Origin: a virus
Lineage: Duplodnaviria > Caudoviricetes
Virus record (IMG/VR): IMGVR_UViG_3300020045_003778
Span: 1 to 26,423 of that record
Length of the DNA stretch: 26,423 bases
Reading direction: 5' to 3' (one strand)
Shown here: one piece after another, positions 1 to 8,374 of the stretch
Layout: every line of letters begins with the position of its first letter
Numbering within the stretch: the stretch's first letter is position 1
Made by a program: the position numbers and the translations under genes
Notes under the pieces: model-generated
What the model was told of the DNA's origin: nothing
What the model saw: the letters and a program-made list of their open reading frames with translations, nothing else
The model's database searches: none

Positions 1-732
1 CCCTCCTTCACTCTATCTGTGCCTATATGGGCAGGAGCGAGCGATATTCTGGCAGAATATCCGCTGCTTAACGATTACTCCTTGTCGTTGCTCCTGCCCA
101 TTGATTTATTCGGCGAGAACTTCATCGCCGCCGTGAGATGGCTCACCGATGATGACGTCTGGGCTCGTTATATCCTGTTCGAGCACGATGACGCGGTGCT
201 GAACTACCCATTATACAATGGGGAGAGGATTGGACCTAACGCTGTATTCGAGATTTGGTCTGTTGACTCATTAGACGCACCAATTCTCGATGATGACTAC
301 ACATTCTGGTCCTCCATCCTTGTATTTCCAGTCGGCGAGGCAAGCAATTCTTCCTGCTCTTCGGTATGTTGCAACGCTCCAAGTAGCGTTATCACCCTCG
401 TAGTAACCCCTCCGTCGGAATTGCCTCCCGGCTCGGCTTGTAATCCGTTCTGCGGGAATTTATGTAACACCGCTCCCCCTATGCCAACATGTGAATGTCC
501 AAATTACGTGGTCAACAACGTCCAAGATGGTCGTGATTACGAGCCGGATGTGTTCGTCTCACCGTTCTTGTTGTTCGTCTTGGGTGGCTCCACGCCCGGC
601 GATGGTTTCGGTAAACAGTTCTACTGGGACAGTGCATCCCTAGCTGTTGACACTGGCCTGCCTGATACAACCGTTATCCGGCCAACAAGTCTCACTGCGC
701 TGGACCCTGGAAGGTGGTTGCAATATATATGA
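1..732 (+). CDS. Putative virion protein, 5' truncated; Cys-rich linker and C-terminal tailspike-type domain
   Basis: Frame is open from base 1 (PSFTLSVPIW...); Cys clusters CSSVCC, CNPFCGNLC, CECP; C-terminal VLGGSTPGDGFGKQFYWD...GRWLQY resembles the GDGGG-F-W-D...G-W motif of tailspike N-terminal domains; stop overlaps next ATG (ATGA). Confidence 0.6.
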   Translation, partial: PSFTLSVPIWAGASDILAEYPLLNDYSLSLLLPIDLFGENFIAAVRWLTDDDVWARYILFEHDDAVLNYPLYNGERIGPNAVFEIWSVDSLDAPILDDDYTFWSSILVFPVGEASNSSCSSVCCNAPSSVITLVVTPPSELPPGSACNPFCGNLCNTAPPMPTCECPNYVVNNVQDGRDYEPDVFVSPFLLFVLGGSTPGDGFGKQFYWDSASLAVDTGLPDTTVIRPTSLTALDPGRWLQYI

Positions 733-1571
733 AGAAAGTAATCTTATTGGTCATCATTGGTTTCTGCATCCCGCTGCTCGCGCAACGATTCGTGCGCACT
801 GCGAACACTATAGCAGAGCTGGTCGCCAGCAATCCTAACAACGTCCACACGAATGTTTTAGTCCTCGGGTTGACGAATGTGAACGACTCACAAGGAGGGG
901 CATTCTCCTGGGTAGTGGGGGCGACGAACACTACCAATGGGTTCGCTGTGTTTGCCTCCTCAACGGCCACGAATGGGTTGTGGATAAGGAGAAGCTATTC
1001 ATCGGATACGAACTACGGCGGCAATAGCTATATCACGAATCTCTACGTGACGAACATTACGGCGAATACGATCTATGTTACTAATCTGTATGCCACGAAT
1101 ATTTACTCTACGAATATTGTGGGTGCTGTTGGCACCTTAACATACGGTTACACAAACTATGCTGCTGCTGGTGGTAACTACTTAGTAACAGCCACGCTGA
1201 CTAATGTGACATTTGCTGGTGGCACAATCACTAATGCTATTATTTTACCTTCTGCTGGCACCTATATCGTTACGGCCACTATTGGTGGCCTAACTTCACA
1301 CAACACTGGCAATCAAACATCCTTTCAGCTGTATAATGCAACCACTGCTGCTGCAATTGCTGACTCTTACCGTTCTGTTGGTGTCACATATTCTCCCGGC
1401 ACGGGTGATGGCACAGTGGACCAGAGTTACTCTTTGGTGCTGCGTAGTCTAGTCACAGTCGGTAGTGCTTCTAGCATAGTTGTGCAAGCTATTATGTCTG
1501 ACGGTGGAGATGTGAATAACCAGGTAAACGATCAAGAGTGTTCGATAGACTATTTGAAAGTCGGGAACTAA
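729..1571 (+). CDS. Fibre/spike-like protein with predicted Sec signal peptide and TN-rich pentapeptide repeats
   Basis: ATG at 729 in ATGA overlap gives MKKVILLVIIGFCIPLLA-QRF; tailspike-type motif VLVLG...DSQGGAFSW...GLWIR; repeats ITNLY/VTNIT/ANTIY/VTNLY/ATNIY/STNIV; beta-rich C-terminal domain (LPSAGTYIVTATI). Confidence 0.7.
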   Translation: MKKVILLVIIGFCIPLLAQRFVRTANTIAELVASNPNNVHTNVLVLGLTNVNDSQGGAFSWVVGATNTTNGFAVFASSTATNGLWIRRSYSSDTNYGGNSYITNLYVTNITANTIYVTNLYATNIYSTNIVGAVGTLTYGYTNYAAAGGNYLVTATLTNVTFAGGTITNAIILPSAGTYIVTATIGGLTSHNTGNQTSFQLYNATTAAAIADSYRSVGVTYSPGTGDGTVDQSYSLVLRSLVTVGSASSIVVQAIMSDGGDVNNQVNDQECSIDYLKVGN

Positions 1572-1572
1572 T

Positions 1573-2724
1573 ATGAGCATGTCCTACTTACTCTCCGGTG
1601 TCGATCTGTTAGCATTACCTTGTATCACCAAGGCTGATGTCCAGCAGGCGATCACACAAGCGAGCCCAACAAGCACTATTGGCTTCGTGATCGTCTCTGA
1701 CTCCGCGCCGGATGTTGTCGCCACTCCAGACTTGGCCAGGTTTATCTGGTTAAAAAGCACCCTTGGTGTGCTGGATGGCACATTCTACTACTACGACGGC
1801 GCATCTTGGCAATTGGTGAATCTCGCTGATGGCTCCGTGCTCGTAGATCATTCCATCCCGATCAACAAACTCTCACTAACAGGTGCGTCCCCTTATTTCA
1901 TCATCCAAGTCAACGCCGCTGGTGATGCTCTGCAATACGTATCGGTGGTGAATGCCATCACTAACGGCACAGTTCCACTGAACAAACTAGTAGGTGGCGG
2001 TGGTGGTAATACTGCATTCGTAAGTCTCGCAGGAGTTAATCAGTTCGTCACCATCGCGAGTTTAGTGAACTACTTCGCGAATAATACCATCCCGATAATG
2101 TCCTTGATTCGTGGTGGCATCTCCAGCCACGGATTATTCCTGCGCACCTTTGAGGATGGCACCATTGTAGAGTGGGCAGACTTCGATCCCAATGAGCAGA
2201 TTGACCCGGAAGAATTGTTGATCTCTCGCTTGTCTGGTTTTGGTGGTAATGCTGGCCAGTCATTCCGGCGCGATGGAACGAATACTGGATGGGAGTGGTT
2301 TACACCGGGCCAACCATCTAATAACTACGTAGTTCGTGCGAATGGTGTCGCTACCGGTTCAGCTATCGGTGTGGGCGACACGAACATCATGAACTTCACG
2401 TTGGCGCTGCCAGCGTCTAGGACGTGGAAATCATTCCGTATCGCATTCTCGACCGCCGTGGACAACACAGTGGGCCAAGTTAATAACTTCACGATGCGTA
2501 TCGGCGCTGACGTGCTTACTGTGTATGCCACGCCTACTGGCGGCACATTGTGGGAAGGTGCTGACCCCACGAAACAGCAAGTCATGTATATTGCTGAAGC
2601 TGACGTGCATCCTGACCATCTTATTGATAGCTCGCTAGTGCTCTCCTTGTATGCACAATCCGCCGATGCTGGTGGCGATGTGATTGCGGCCCGCACTGGC
2701 TACGCCGCTGCCGAATACTACTAA
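1573..2724 (+). CDS. Putative tail fibre protein
   Basis: 383 aa, Gly/Ser/Thr-rich; YYYDGASW motif; four imperfect repeats of about 35-42 aa; located in tail module. Confidence 0.6.
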   Translation: MSMSYLLSGVDLLALPCITKADVQQAITQASPTSTIGFVIVSDSAPDVVATPDLARFIWLKSTLGVLDGTFYYYDGASWQLVNLADGSVLVDHSIPINKLSLTGASPYFIIQVNAAGDALQYVSVVNAITNGTVPLNKLVGGGGGNTAFVSLAGVNQFVTIASLVNYFANNTIPIMSLIRGGISSHGLFLRTFEDGTIVEWADFDPNEQIDPEELLISRLSGFGGNAGQSFRRDGTNTGWEWFTPGQPSNNYVVRANGVATGSAIGVGDTNIMNFTLALPASRTWKSFRIAFSTAVDNTVGQVNNFTMRIGADVLTVYATPTGGTLWEGADPTKQQVMYIAEADVHPDHLIDSSLVLSLYAQSADAGGDVIAARTGYAAAEYY

Positions 2725-2728
2725 GTAT

Positions 2729-3634
2729 ATGCTTAAAGACGTAATAGATTTCATCCGCTCTCGCACTGATCTAACTCGCACCGATGCGCTGCGCGAGATT
2801 AACTTCGCCTGGAAGGAGATATGGAATAGTGATGATCTGCCGAACTCCATATTTGAAATCTCCGTGGCGCCGATTGACAACAACGCTAGAATCTCTCTGC
2901 CATACTACGTAGGTGAGATTCGCGCAGTGAAGCAGAAAACCTGGGGCAAGGAGCGGATTCATCTCAACACACCTAGACCGTATTATCAGGACGATTCTTA
3001 CTTCCAATCGCCATATAAGTGGCGTATCTTGGGCACGAGTCCAGTGCTCACAAGCGTTGTCAACACCACTACGATCACGCTTACCTTCGACCAACCCGTC
3101 ACAGCTCAAGTGATCGTCTCCTTAATTGGCCCCAATGATCGCGGCGCTGGAGTGCGGGAGCAAGTAACCTTCGAAATCGGAGACACCACACATGAATCCG
3201 TCAATCGTTACTCCGACTTCGAAGCAATCAGTAAAAACACAATCACCGATAACGATCTACGTGTCCTGGCCGCCGACGATTCAGTTCTCGCTATTGTTCC
3301 AAACAACGCCTTCGAGGCCGCTAACACGATCGTGCAGATTACCGATGACTGTTTCAAAATCTGCAACTTCTGCCGCTGTTTCGACATTCTCTACAAGAAA
3401 CCGGCGCCATATCTGCATTACGACGAAACCCCTGTAGCCTACCAAGAAGTCTTAATGGCGAAAACTATGGAGTGGATCATGTTGCCTAAAGATGGACAGG
3501 AGCAGAAAGCTGATCTGTTCGCAGGCAAGGCATCTGCGATGTTAAAGGGTTTCCACTATAACGAGCAATCAGTGGAGAAGAAACTCGACGTTGGTCGATC
3601 CCACATGGAAACATTGTATTACGGCAAGCTATGA
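2729..3634 (+). CDS. Putative head-tail adaptor / tail tubular protein A-like
   Basis: Likely start ATG 2729 (MLKDVIDFIRSR), 4 nt after previous stop; N-terminal ALREINFAWKEIW helix pattern; lies immediately before the nozzle-like gene. Confidence 0.55.
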   Translation: MLKDVIDFIRSRTDLTRTDALREINFAWKEIWNSDDLPNSIFEISVAPIDNNARISLPYYVGEIRAVKQKTWGKERIHLNTPRPYYQDDSYFQSPYKWRILGTSPVLTSVVNTTTITLTFDQPVTAQVIVSLIGPNDRGAGVREQVTFEIGDTTHESVNRYSDFEAISKNTITDNDLRVLAADDSVLAIVPNNAFEAANTIVQITDDCFKICNFCRCFDILYKKPAPYLHYDETPVAYQEVLMAKTMEWIMLPKDGQEQKADLFAGKASAMLKGFHYNEQSVEKKLDVGRSHMETLYYGKL

Positions 3635-6225
3635 GTTTATTCTCACAGTCTAATTTTATCGCTGGACTCGACACGGAACTCGACTCCACGAAGACGCCTA
3701 AGGATAGCTATAGCCTGTTAATCAATGGGCGCGCTCGTAGGGATGTTATCGAGCCCACGAACAAGCACTTAGCTTTAGCTGCGCCGGACGGGAACTACCA
3801 AGGTCTTTACATTTCTGGAGACATTCTAGTTCTCTTCGTTTCCGGCGTGGCTTATTATGCAGACATCACAGAAGATCCGATTAACTTCCAGACTCTTGCC
3901 GGCTGGACAGCGATGGACGCCGACGTATCACGTCTCTATGCGGAGATTGTCCCGGCGACTAGTAATCTCTTCAACCGTAGTGGAAATCCTGATGACACAT
4001 CCCGTGTTTACAACAATACGATAGCTGCTTTCACACAGGCATTGTTTGTGTTCGAAGGAGTGGCGACTGATATTCCGCCAGTGAATCGTCCGCAGGCTAT
4101 TGCGCCAGATGGCACAGTGATTACGCTAGCCGATTATGGCACCTGGACTAAGGATATTCCGCAATACGTGCCGTTTGGCGTGCTGCCCTGTGTGGCAGCG
4201 AATAAGTTATGGCTCGTTTCTACGGATCGAAAGTCTATATTCCAGTCTGTTTCGGGCCGCACTAGTGATTTCGTGGTTAATATAGATTCTCTTGGGGAGA
4301 AAGCTGGTGAGGCTGATACTGTGTCCATAACGGTGTCCTACAATGACATCACTGCGCTGCGTGCCCTGAGCACCGGGCAAATCTTGGTATCCACACTGTA
4401 TGCGACCTTCGTTTTGGAATTAGACTATACCAACACAATATTCGGTGAGCCTTATGCAAATCCAATCTATCTATTCCCAGTCGGCGCCATCAATGAACTC
4501 TCCTCTATCGACATATTGGAGGACACAGCATTCATCACGCAATCAGGGATTCATGCCTTCAATGCCGTGGCCCAAAGTAAGCGTGAGAGTAATAATTTCC
4601 CACTGGGCGCGAAGATTCGTGGCCTTCTTCTTAACCCGCAATCAGATACCTGTGCAGTTAATCATGACGACTACGGATTCTTCGCAGTCAACACCATCTT
4701 CGGATATGGGGCGTTAGTATATGATACCATCCGCCGAACTTGGACCAGTCTTGACTTATCATTCGGCCATGTTAAGCAATTTGCCAACACAAGGATTGCA
4801 GGCCAAGAGCGACTATTCTTCATCACGCACGAGAATGAAATCTTCGAAGCTTTCGCTGGAAGTGCAGTGAATACCACACGAGTTTATCTCGGTGAATGGA
4901 CACCACCGGAGGCAGATAGCCAATCCCTGACTTTCATGGTGGACGGTGTGTTTCTTAACGTCAAATCTGCCGGGCAAGTTAAGTATTCACTCTATGCCGA
5001 TGGCGCTAAGCACAGCGAAGTAGTCATAGAAGTGCCAGCATCTGGATATACAGATAATCCGCCACTGCCCACGCCATTCACCTCTGCGGAGAAATCATTC
5101 CCTATAGGCTGGCAGTTCATCAATAAAGCTCGTGCCTGGAATGTCGGCGTCATGGTGGAGTGGAACTTCAACGGCCAGCTTAGTGAGCTGGCTATAGATG
5201 GGGAAATACAGAAATCTGAGAATGTGGGCATGTCAATCCAGGAAAACATCGAGCCAGAGGAGTTCGCCTTTATTGGCAACACTGGATATCAAGAACTACT
5301 TGATCCCTCTTCTAATTTTGAGGATGGTTTCATCTGCGTGGAGGTAACCAAAGGCCATATCTATGAATACCAAGGTATCGGGCGTCTTGTATCGGGTTCC
5401 CTTGTGGTTAACAAGGAGGGAATCTTCACGGCTCCAGCGAACACAGTGGCCGTGGAAGGTTCTGGTGCAGCAAACTTTGCGTTACGCGACATTACGAATT
5501 TCAGGGCTGTTCTCGCCGCGATACAAGGAAACTCCAAGATCACAAGAATCATTGGCGGCGGTAATCATGCATATCCCTTAGCAACTCTTCGTGATTGCCA
5601 GCTTGCGCGGCTGCCTATGAAGCTCCCATTCTACCCTGGCGTGGGGGATATAGACTACGGCGCCGACTTAGGAAATCAATTCTTCAACTTCTTCGGCATC
5701 CCGCGGTATCGCAAGCAATCCTTCAACTATGTGGACGTTTTCTTCTACAACGGTGGATGGACGGCTGCTAACGCAATCTTAATTAATGGCGTGCCTACTG
5801 GCCCTACAAGCGAGCCAGATGGAAATGATATTTCCTCGGCGCAAGCGGCGTGGCTCCGCCAAGAACTCAGTAGTTCTACAAAGCCCTTCAAACTAGTAAT
5901 CATCGCCGAACCACCATACTCCAATGAAGCACTCAACTATCCTGGCTACACTGCTCTACGCCTCCCCTTTAAGAAGTGGGGCGCCAGTGCTGTCCTATCG
6001 GGACGCCCCGGTGTTATGGAGCGACTCTCGGTATCAGGGTTTCCGTATCTTTCGACGGGTGTGGGCGGACACAATCTTGGAAGCTTTCAACCGTCAACCG
6101 AATCTGCTTTCCGAAGCAGTAGCGAGTATGGATTTCTCCACATAAAAGCTGATCCCGTCACCTGCGAATTGACCTTCAAAAACACCGCTAACGCAATCCT
6201 AGATTCTTTCCTACTCTATGCATGA
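3631..6225 (+). CDS. Tail nozzle/stabilisation-like protein (P22 gp10 / T7 gp12-like position) fused to a degenerate calcineurin-like phosphoesterase domain
   Basis: N-terminal SQSNFIAGLD and beta-rich body; last ~320 aa follow the purple acid phosphatase-like scaffold (FAFIGNTG, GGNHAYP, FYPGVGDID, EPDG..SSAQAAWL, PPYS, WGASAVLSG...ER, GFPY..TGVGG, YGFL). Confidence 0.7.
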   Translation: MSLFSQSNFIAGLDTELDSTKTPKDSYSLLINGRARRDVIEPTNKHLALAAPDGNYQGLYISGDILVLFVSGVAYYADITEDPINFQTLAGWTAMDADVSRLYAEIVPATSNLFNRSGNPDDTSRVYNNTIAAFTQALFVFEGVATDIPPVNRPQAIAPDGTVITLADYGTWTKDIPQYVPFGVLPCVAANKLWLVSTDRKSIFQSVSGRTSDFVVNIDSLGEKAGEADTVSITVSYNDITALRALSTGQILVSTLYATFVLELDYTNTIFGEPYANPIYLFPVGAINELSSIDILEDTAFITQSGIHAFNAVAQSKRESNNFPLGAKIRGLLLNPQSDTCAVNHDDYGFFAVNTIFGYGALVYDTIRRTWTSLDLSFGHVKQFANTRIAGQERLFFITHENEIFEAFAGSAVNTTRVYLGEWTPPEADSQSLTFMVDGVFLNVKSAGQVKYSLYADGAKHSEVVIEVPASGYTDNPPLPTPFTSAEKSFPIGWQFINKARAWNVGVMVEWNFNGQLSELAIDGEIQKSENVGMSIQENIEPEEFAFIGNTGYQELLDPSSNFEDGFICVEVTKGHIYEYQGIGRLVSGSLVVNKEGIFTAPANTVAVEGSGAANFALRDITNFRAVLAAIQGNSKITRIIGGGNHAYPLATLRDCQLARLPMKLPFYPGVGDIDYGADLGNQFFNFFGIPRYRKQSFNYVDVFFYNGGWTAANAILINGVPTGPTSEPDGNDISSAQAAWLRQELSSSTKPFKLVIIAEPPYSNEALNYPGYTALRLPFKKWGASAVLSGRPGVMERLSVSGFPYLSTGVGGHNLGSFQPSTESAFRSSSEYGFLHIKADPVTCELTFKNTANAILDSFLLYA

Positions 6226-6575
6226 AGCCCTTCACACTCAAGGAAGTAGCAGACTTCTGCTACAAACATCAAACGCAGTTCGACAAGCGGAAACGCTACG
6301 TTGCGCGCACGTGGGAAGAGTGGGGCAGAATAGTGGTGGCCGCAGACAAGAACAAAACACTGTGGACCACCGCCAAGGACGAACGCCTAGTAGGAGTTTC
6401 AGTGGCAAAGAAACTCTACGCCGCGAAAATGATGTATGTCTATGAAATCATCTGCATTGAAGACGGTTTCTGGATGTTTGTGAATGCTGTGGAACGTGAT
6501 CACCCCGACTGGGGATTTATTGGTATGAGAAACAACAAGAAAATAACGATTGGAGGCCAAGATGGGACAAGATAA
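6222..6575 (+). CDS. Small protein, possibly GNAT-fold virion assembly factor (T7 gp13 / P22 gp14-like position)
   Basis: 117 aa; ATGA-coupled to nozzle gene; KDERLVGVSV beta motif; synteny before ejection proteins. Confidence 0.45.
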   Translation: MKPFTLKEVADFCYKHQTQFDKRKRYVARTWEEWGRIVVAADKNKTLWTTAKDERLVGVSVAKKLYAAKMMYVYEIICIEDGFWMFVNAVERDHPDWGFIGMRNNKKITIGGQDGTR

Positions 6576-7386
6576 AGGCGTGAAAATGTCCAATGAGGCA
6601 ACGTCGAGTATGCTACAGGCGTTGACTCAATATGGACCAGACGCGATACGCGCGCTGAGCGATGTTGCGGAATATCCTGCTGCCAAAACCTTAGCTATCG
6701 AACAGCGTGACGCACCAGCTTATGCCGCTTTGCAGAATCAAGTCTACTCTGACTACGGCCCCGAGGCGAATCGCATCGGCTCGCAGATAGCCAGGGATAA
6801 TGCTTTAGCTGCAAGTGAAACAGAACGGCAACTAGCTGAAGGTCCTGGTCGCGAACTAGTAGGGCTTGCAGATGCCGAGCAGCGTGCTCTTGATCCTGAA
6901 TTCTACGCATCTCGTGCGGCGGTAGGTAAGGGGATCACTGACTTTCTAGGTTCCTATTCGCCCACGGAGCTAACGCCCACGGAGATCGAGCAGATCAATC
7001 GCGGCATCTCGGCGCGTGAAGGTCCAGTTACACCTAGTGCGCTGCGCACGATTAAGAATGCACAGACATTCGGTGATGCCGCCACGAATCGCTGGAAGAA
7101 CTTTGGTGAAGCAGTGACGATGGCCAGTAGCGCGCTTCCTAATTTGAAAAGTGGGTTGACCGGATTCGAGATAGCCACTCGCCGGCCACTAACCTCGAAC
7201 ACTGGTGATTCTCGCCTTAGCACTCCATCAGCAAATAACGCTACTAGTGCGCTGGACACCACATTTGGCTTCGGCAATAACCTACTAAGCGAGATAGGCT
7301 CGACACAGCGCACGGCTTTGAGCAAACAGAAAGATGCTTTTGATAAAGTCTCATCACTCACAAGAATCATCGGTGGACTCGGTTAA
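6562..7386 (+). CDS. Putative internal virion / DNA ejection protein
   Basis: GGAGG at 6552-6556 precedes ATG 6562 (MGQDKG...); Ala/Gln-rich helical protein with Gly-rich C-terminus; synteny. Confidence 0.6.
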   Translation: MGQDKGVKMSNEATSSMLQALTQYGPDAIRALSDVAEYPAAKTLAIEQRDAPAYAALQNQVYSDYGPEANRIGSQIARDNALAASETERQLAEGPGRELVGLADAEQRALDPEFYASRAAVGKGITDFLGSYSPTELTPTEIEQINRGISAREGPVTPSALRTIKNAQTFGDAATNRWKNFGEAVTMASSALPNLKSGLTGFEIATRRPLTSNTGDSRLSTPSANNATSALDTTFGFGNNLLSEIGSTQRTALSKQKDAFDKVSSLTRIIGGLG

Positions 7387-7398
7387 ATAACTACTTAT

Positions 7399-8373
7399 AT
7401 GCCAGAACAACCAACTTCAGCAATCGCTCCACCAGTGATGGAGCAAGAGAGTAAATGGTCCAAGCTACGTGAATTGGATTTCCTTGGTGGTCTTGGATTA
7501 CGCGGCGCGCGTAGAAGGGAGGTAGAAGGAATAAAGGCTCGTAACTTCGCACGTGAACAGCAATACAATGAATACCAGCAGAAGTTACTGCTTCAGAACA
7601 TTACAGCCACCAATCAACTAGAGCAGATCAGAGCGACTGGTGGTGCCCAGACAGAGGCCAAGCGAATTGAAGAAGAGAGACTACGTGAATTGATACGTAA
7701 TAGCACCAAGGAATTAGCTATTCTACAGGGTAAAACTCCAGAGGAAGCTGCTAGACTGGGAGACGAGCAAGTATTGAAAATGACTGTAGTGCCCGCACAA
7801 CTCGATACAGCAACGAAAGAGAATTCTTTGAAGGAGGTTTTAGGTGCCGCACCATTTAAGACTCAAGAGGGGCAGCTTAGAGTCACTAGCGCTAATGCTG
7901 GCTTTGCTAAGAGCCAAGCACAGAGCGAACTAGAAGCTGCTGCTCTTAATGCGCAGATGCCTGGGATCACTAATGCTACCGTTGCCGCGCAGCAAGCTGC
8001 TACTCTGGGTTCACAAGCTGCGGCAGAGAAGGCAGCCAATGAGGTGCTGGCTACATCTTCTCTTGATCCACGCGCTATAACGGATTTAGCTAGGGAGAGC
8101 AATAGGGCAGAGGTTAGTAAAGCTGCCTTTGTAGCTGATAATCCAGCAGCTAGTGCCGCTGCCAATATTCCTCGCGGTAGCGGATTTGAATCGCCTGCGC
8201 AAACATTAAAAGAGTTAAGAGAGGTTCAAACCCTACGCCCCGATGGTAGTGTGTCCGGTGTTCTTTATGGCCCATCTTCCGCAATCACTAACTTCCCAGG
8301 CTTAAAGGTGGTGCCTGGTAAGATTCGCCCAATCCCCGGCATCAAACTCGATATGCAGCCAATCGCCCCATAA
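7399..8373 (+). CDS. Putative internal virion / DNA ejection protein
   Basis: 324 aa; FLGGLGL segment followed by coiled-coil-like Ala/Gln/Glu-rich sequence; synteny. Confidence 0.6.
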   Translation: MPEQPTSAIAPPVMEQESKWSKLRELDFLGGLGLRGARRREVEGIKARNFAREQQYNEYQQKLLLQNITATNQLEQIRATGGAQTEAKRIEEERLRELIRNSTKELAILQGKTPEEAARLGDEQVLKMTVVPAQLDTATKENSLKEVLGAAPFKTQEGQLRVTSANAGFAKSQAQSELEAAALNAQMPGITNATVAAQQAATLGSQAAAEKAANEVLATSSLDPRAITDLARESNRAEVSKAAFVADNPAASAAANIPRGSGFESPAQTLKELREVQTLRPDGSVSGVLYGPSSAITNFPGLKVVPGKIRPIPGIKLDMQPIAP

Positions 8374-8374
8374 T

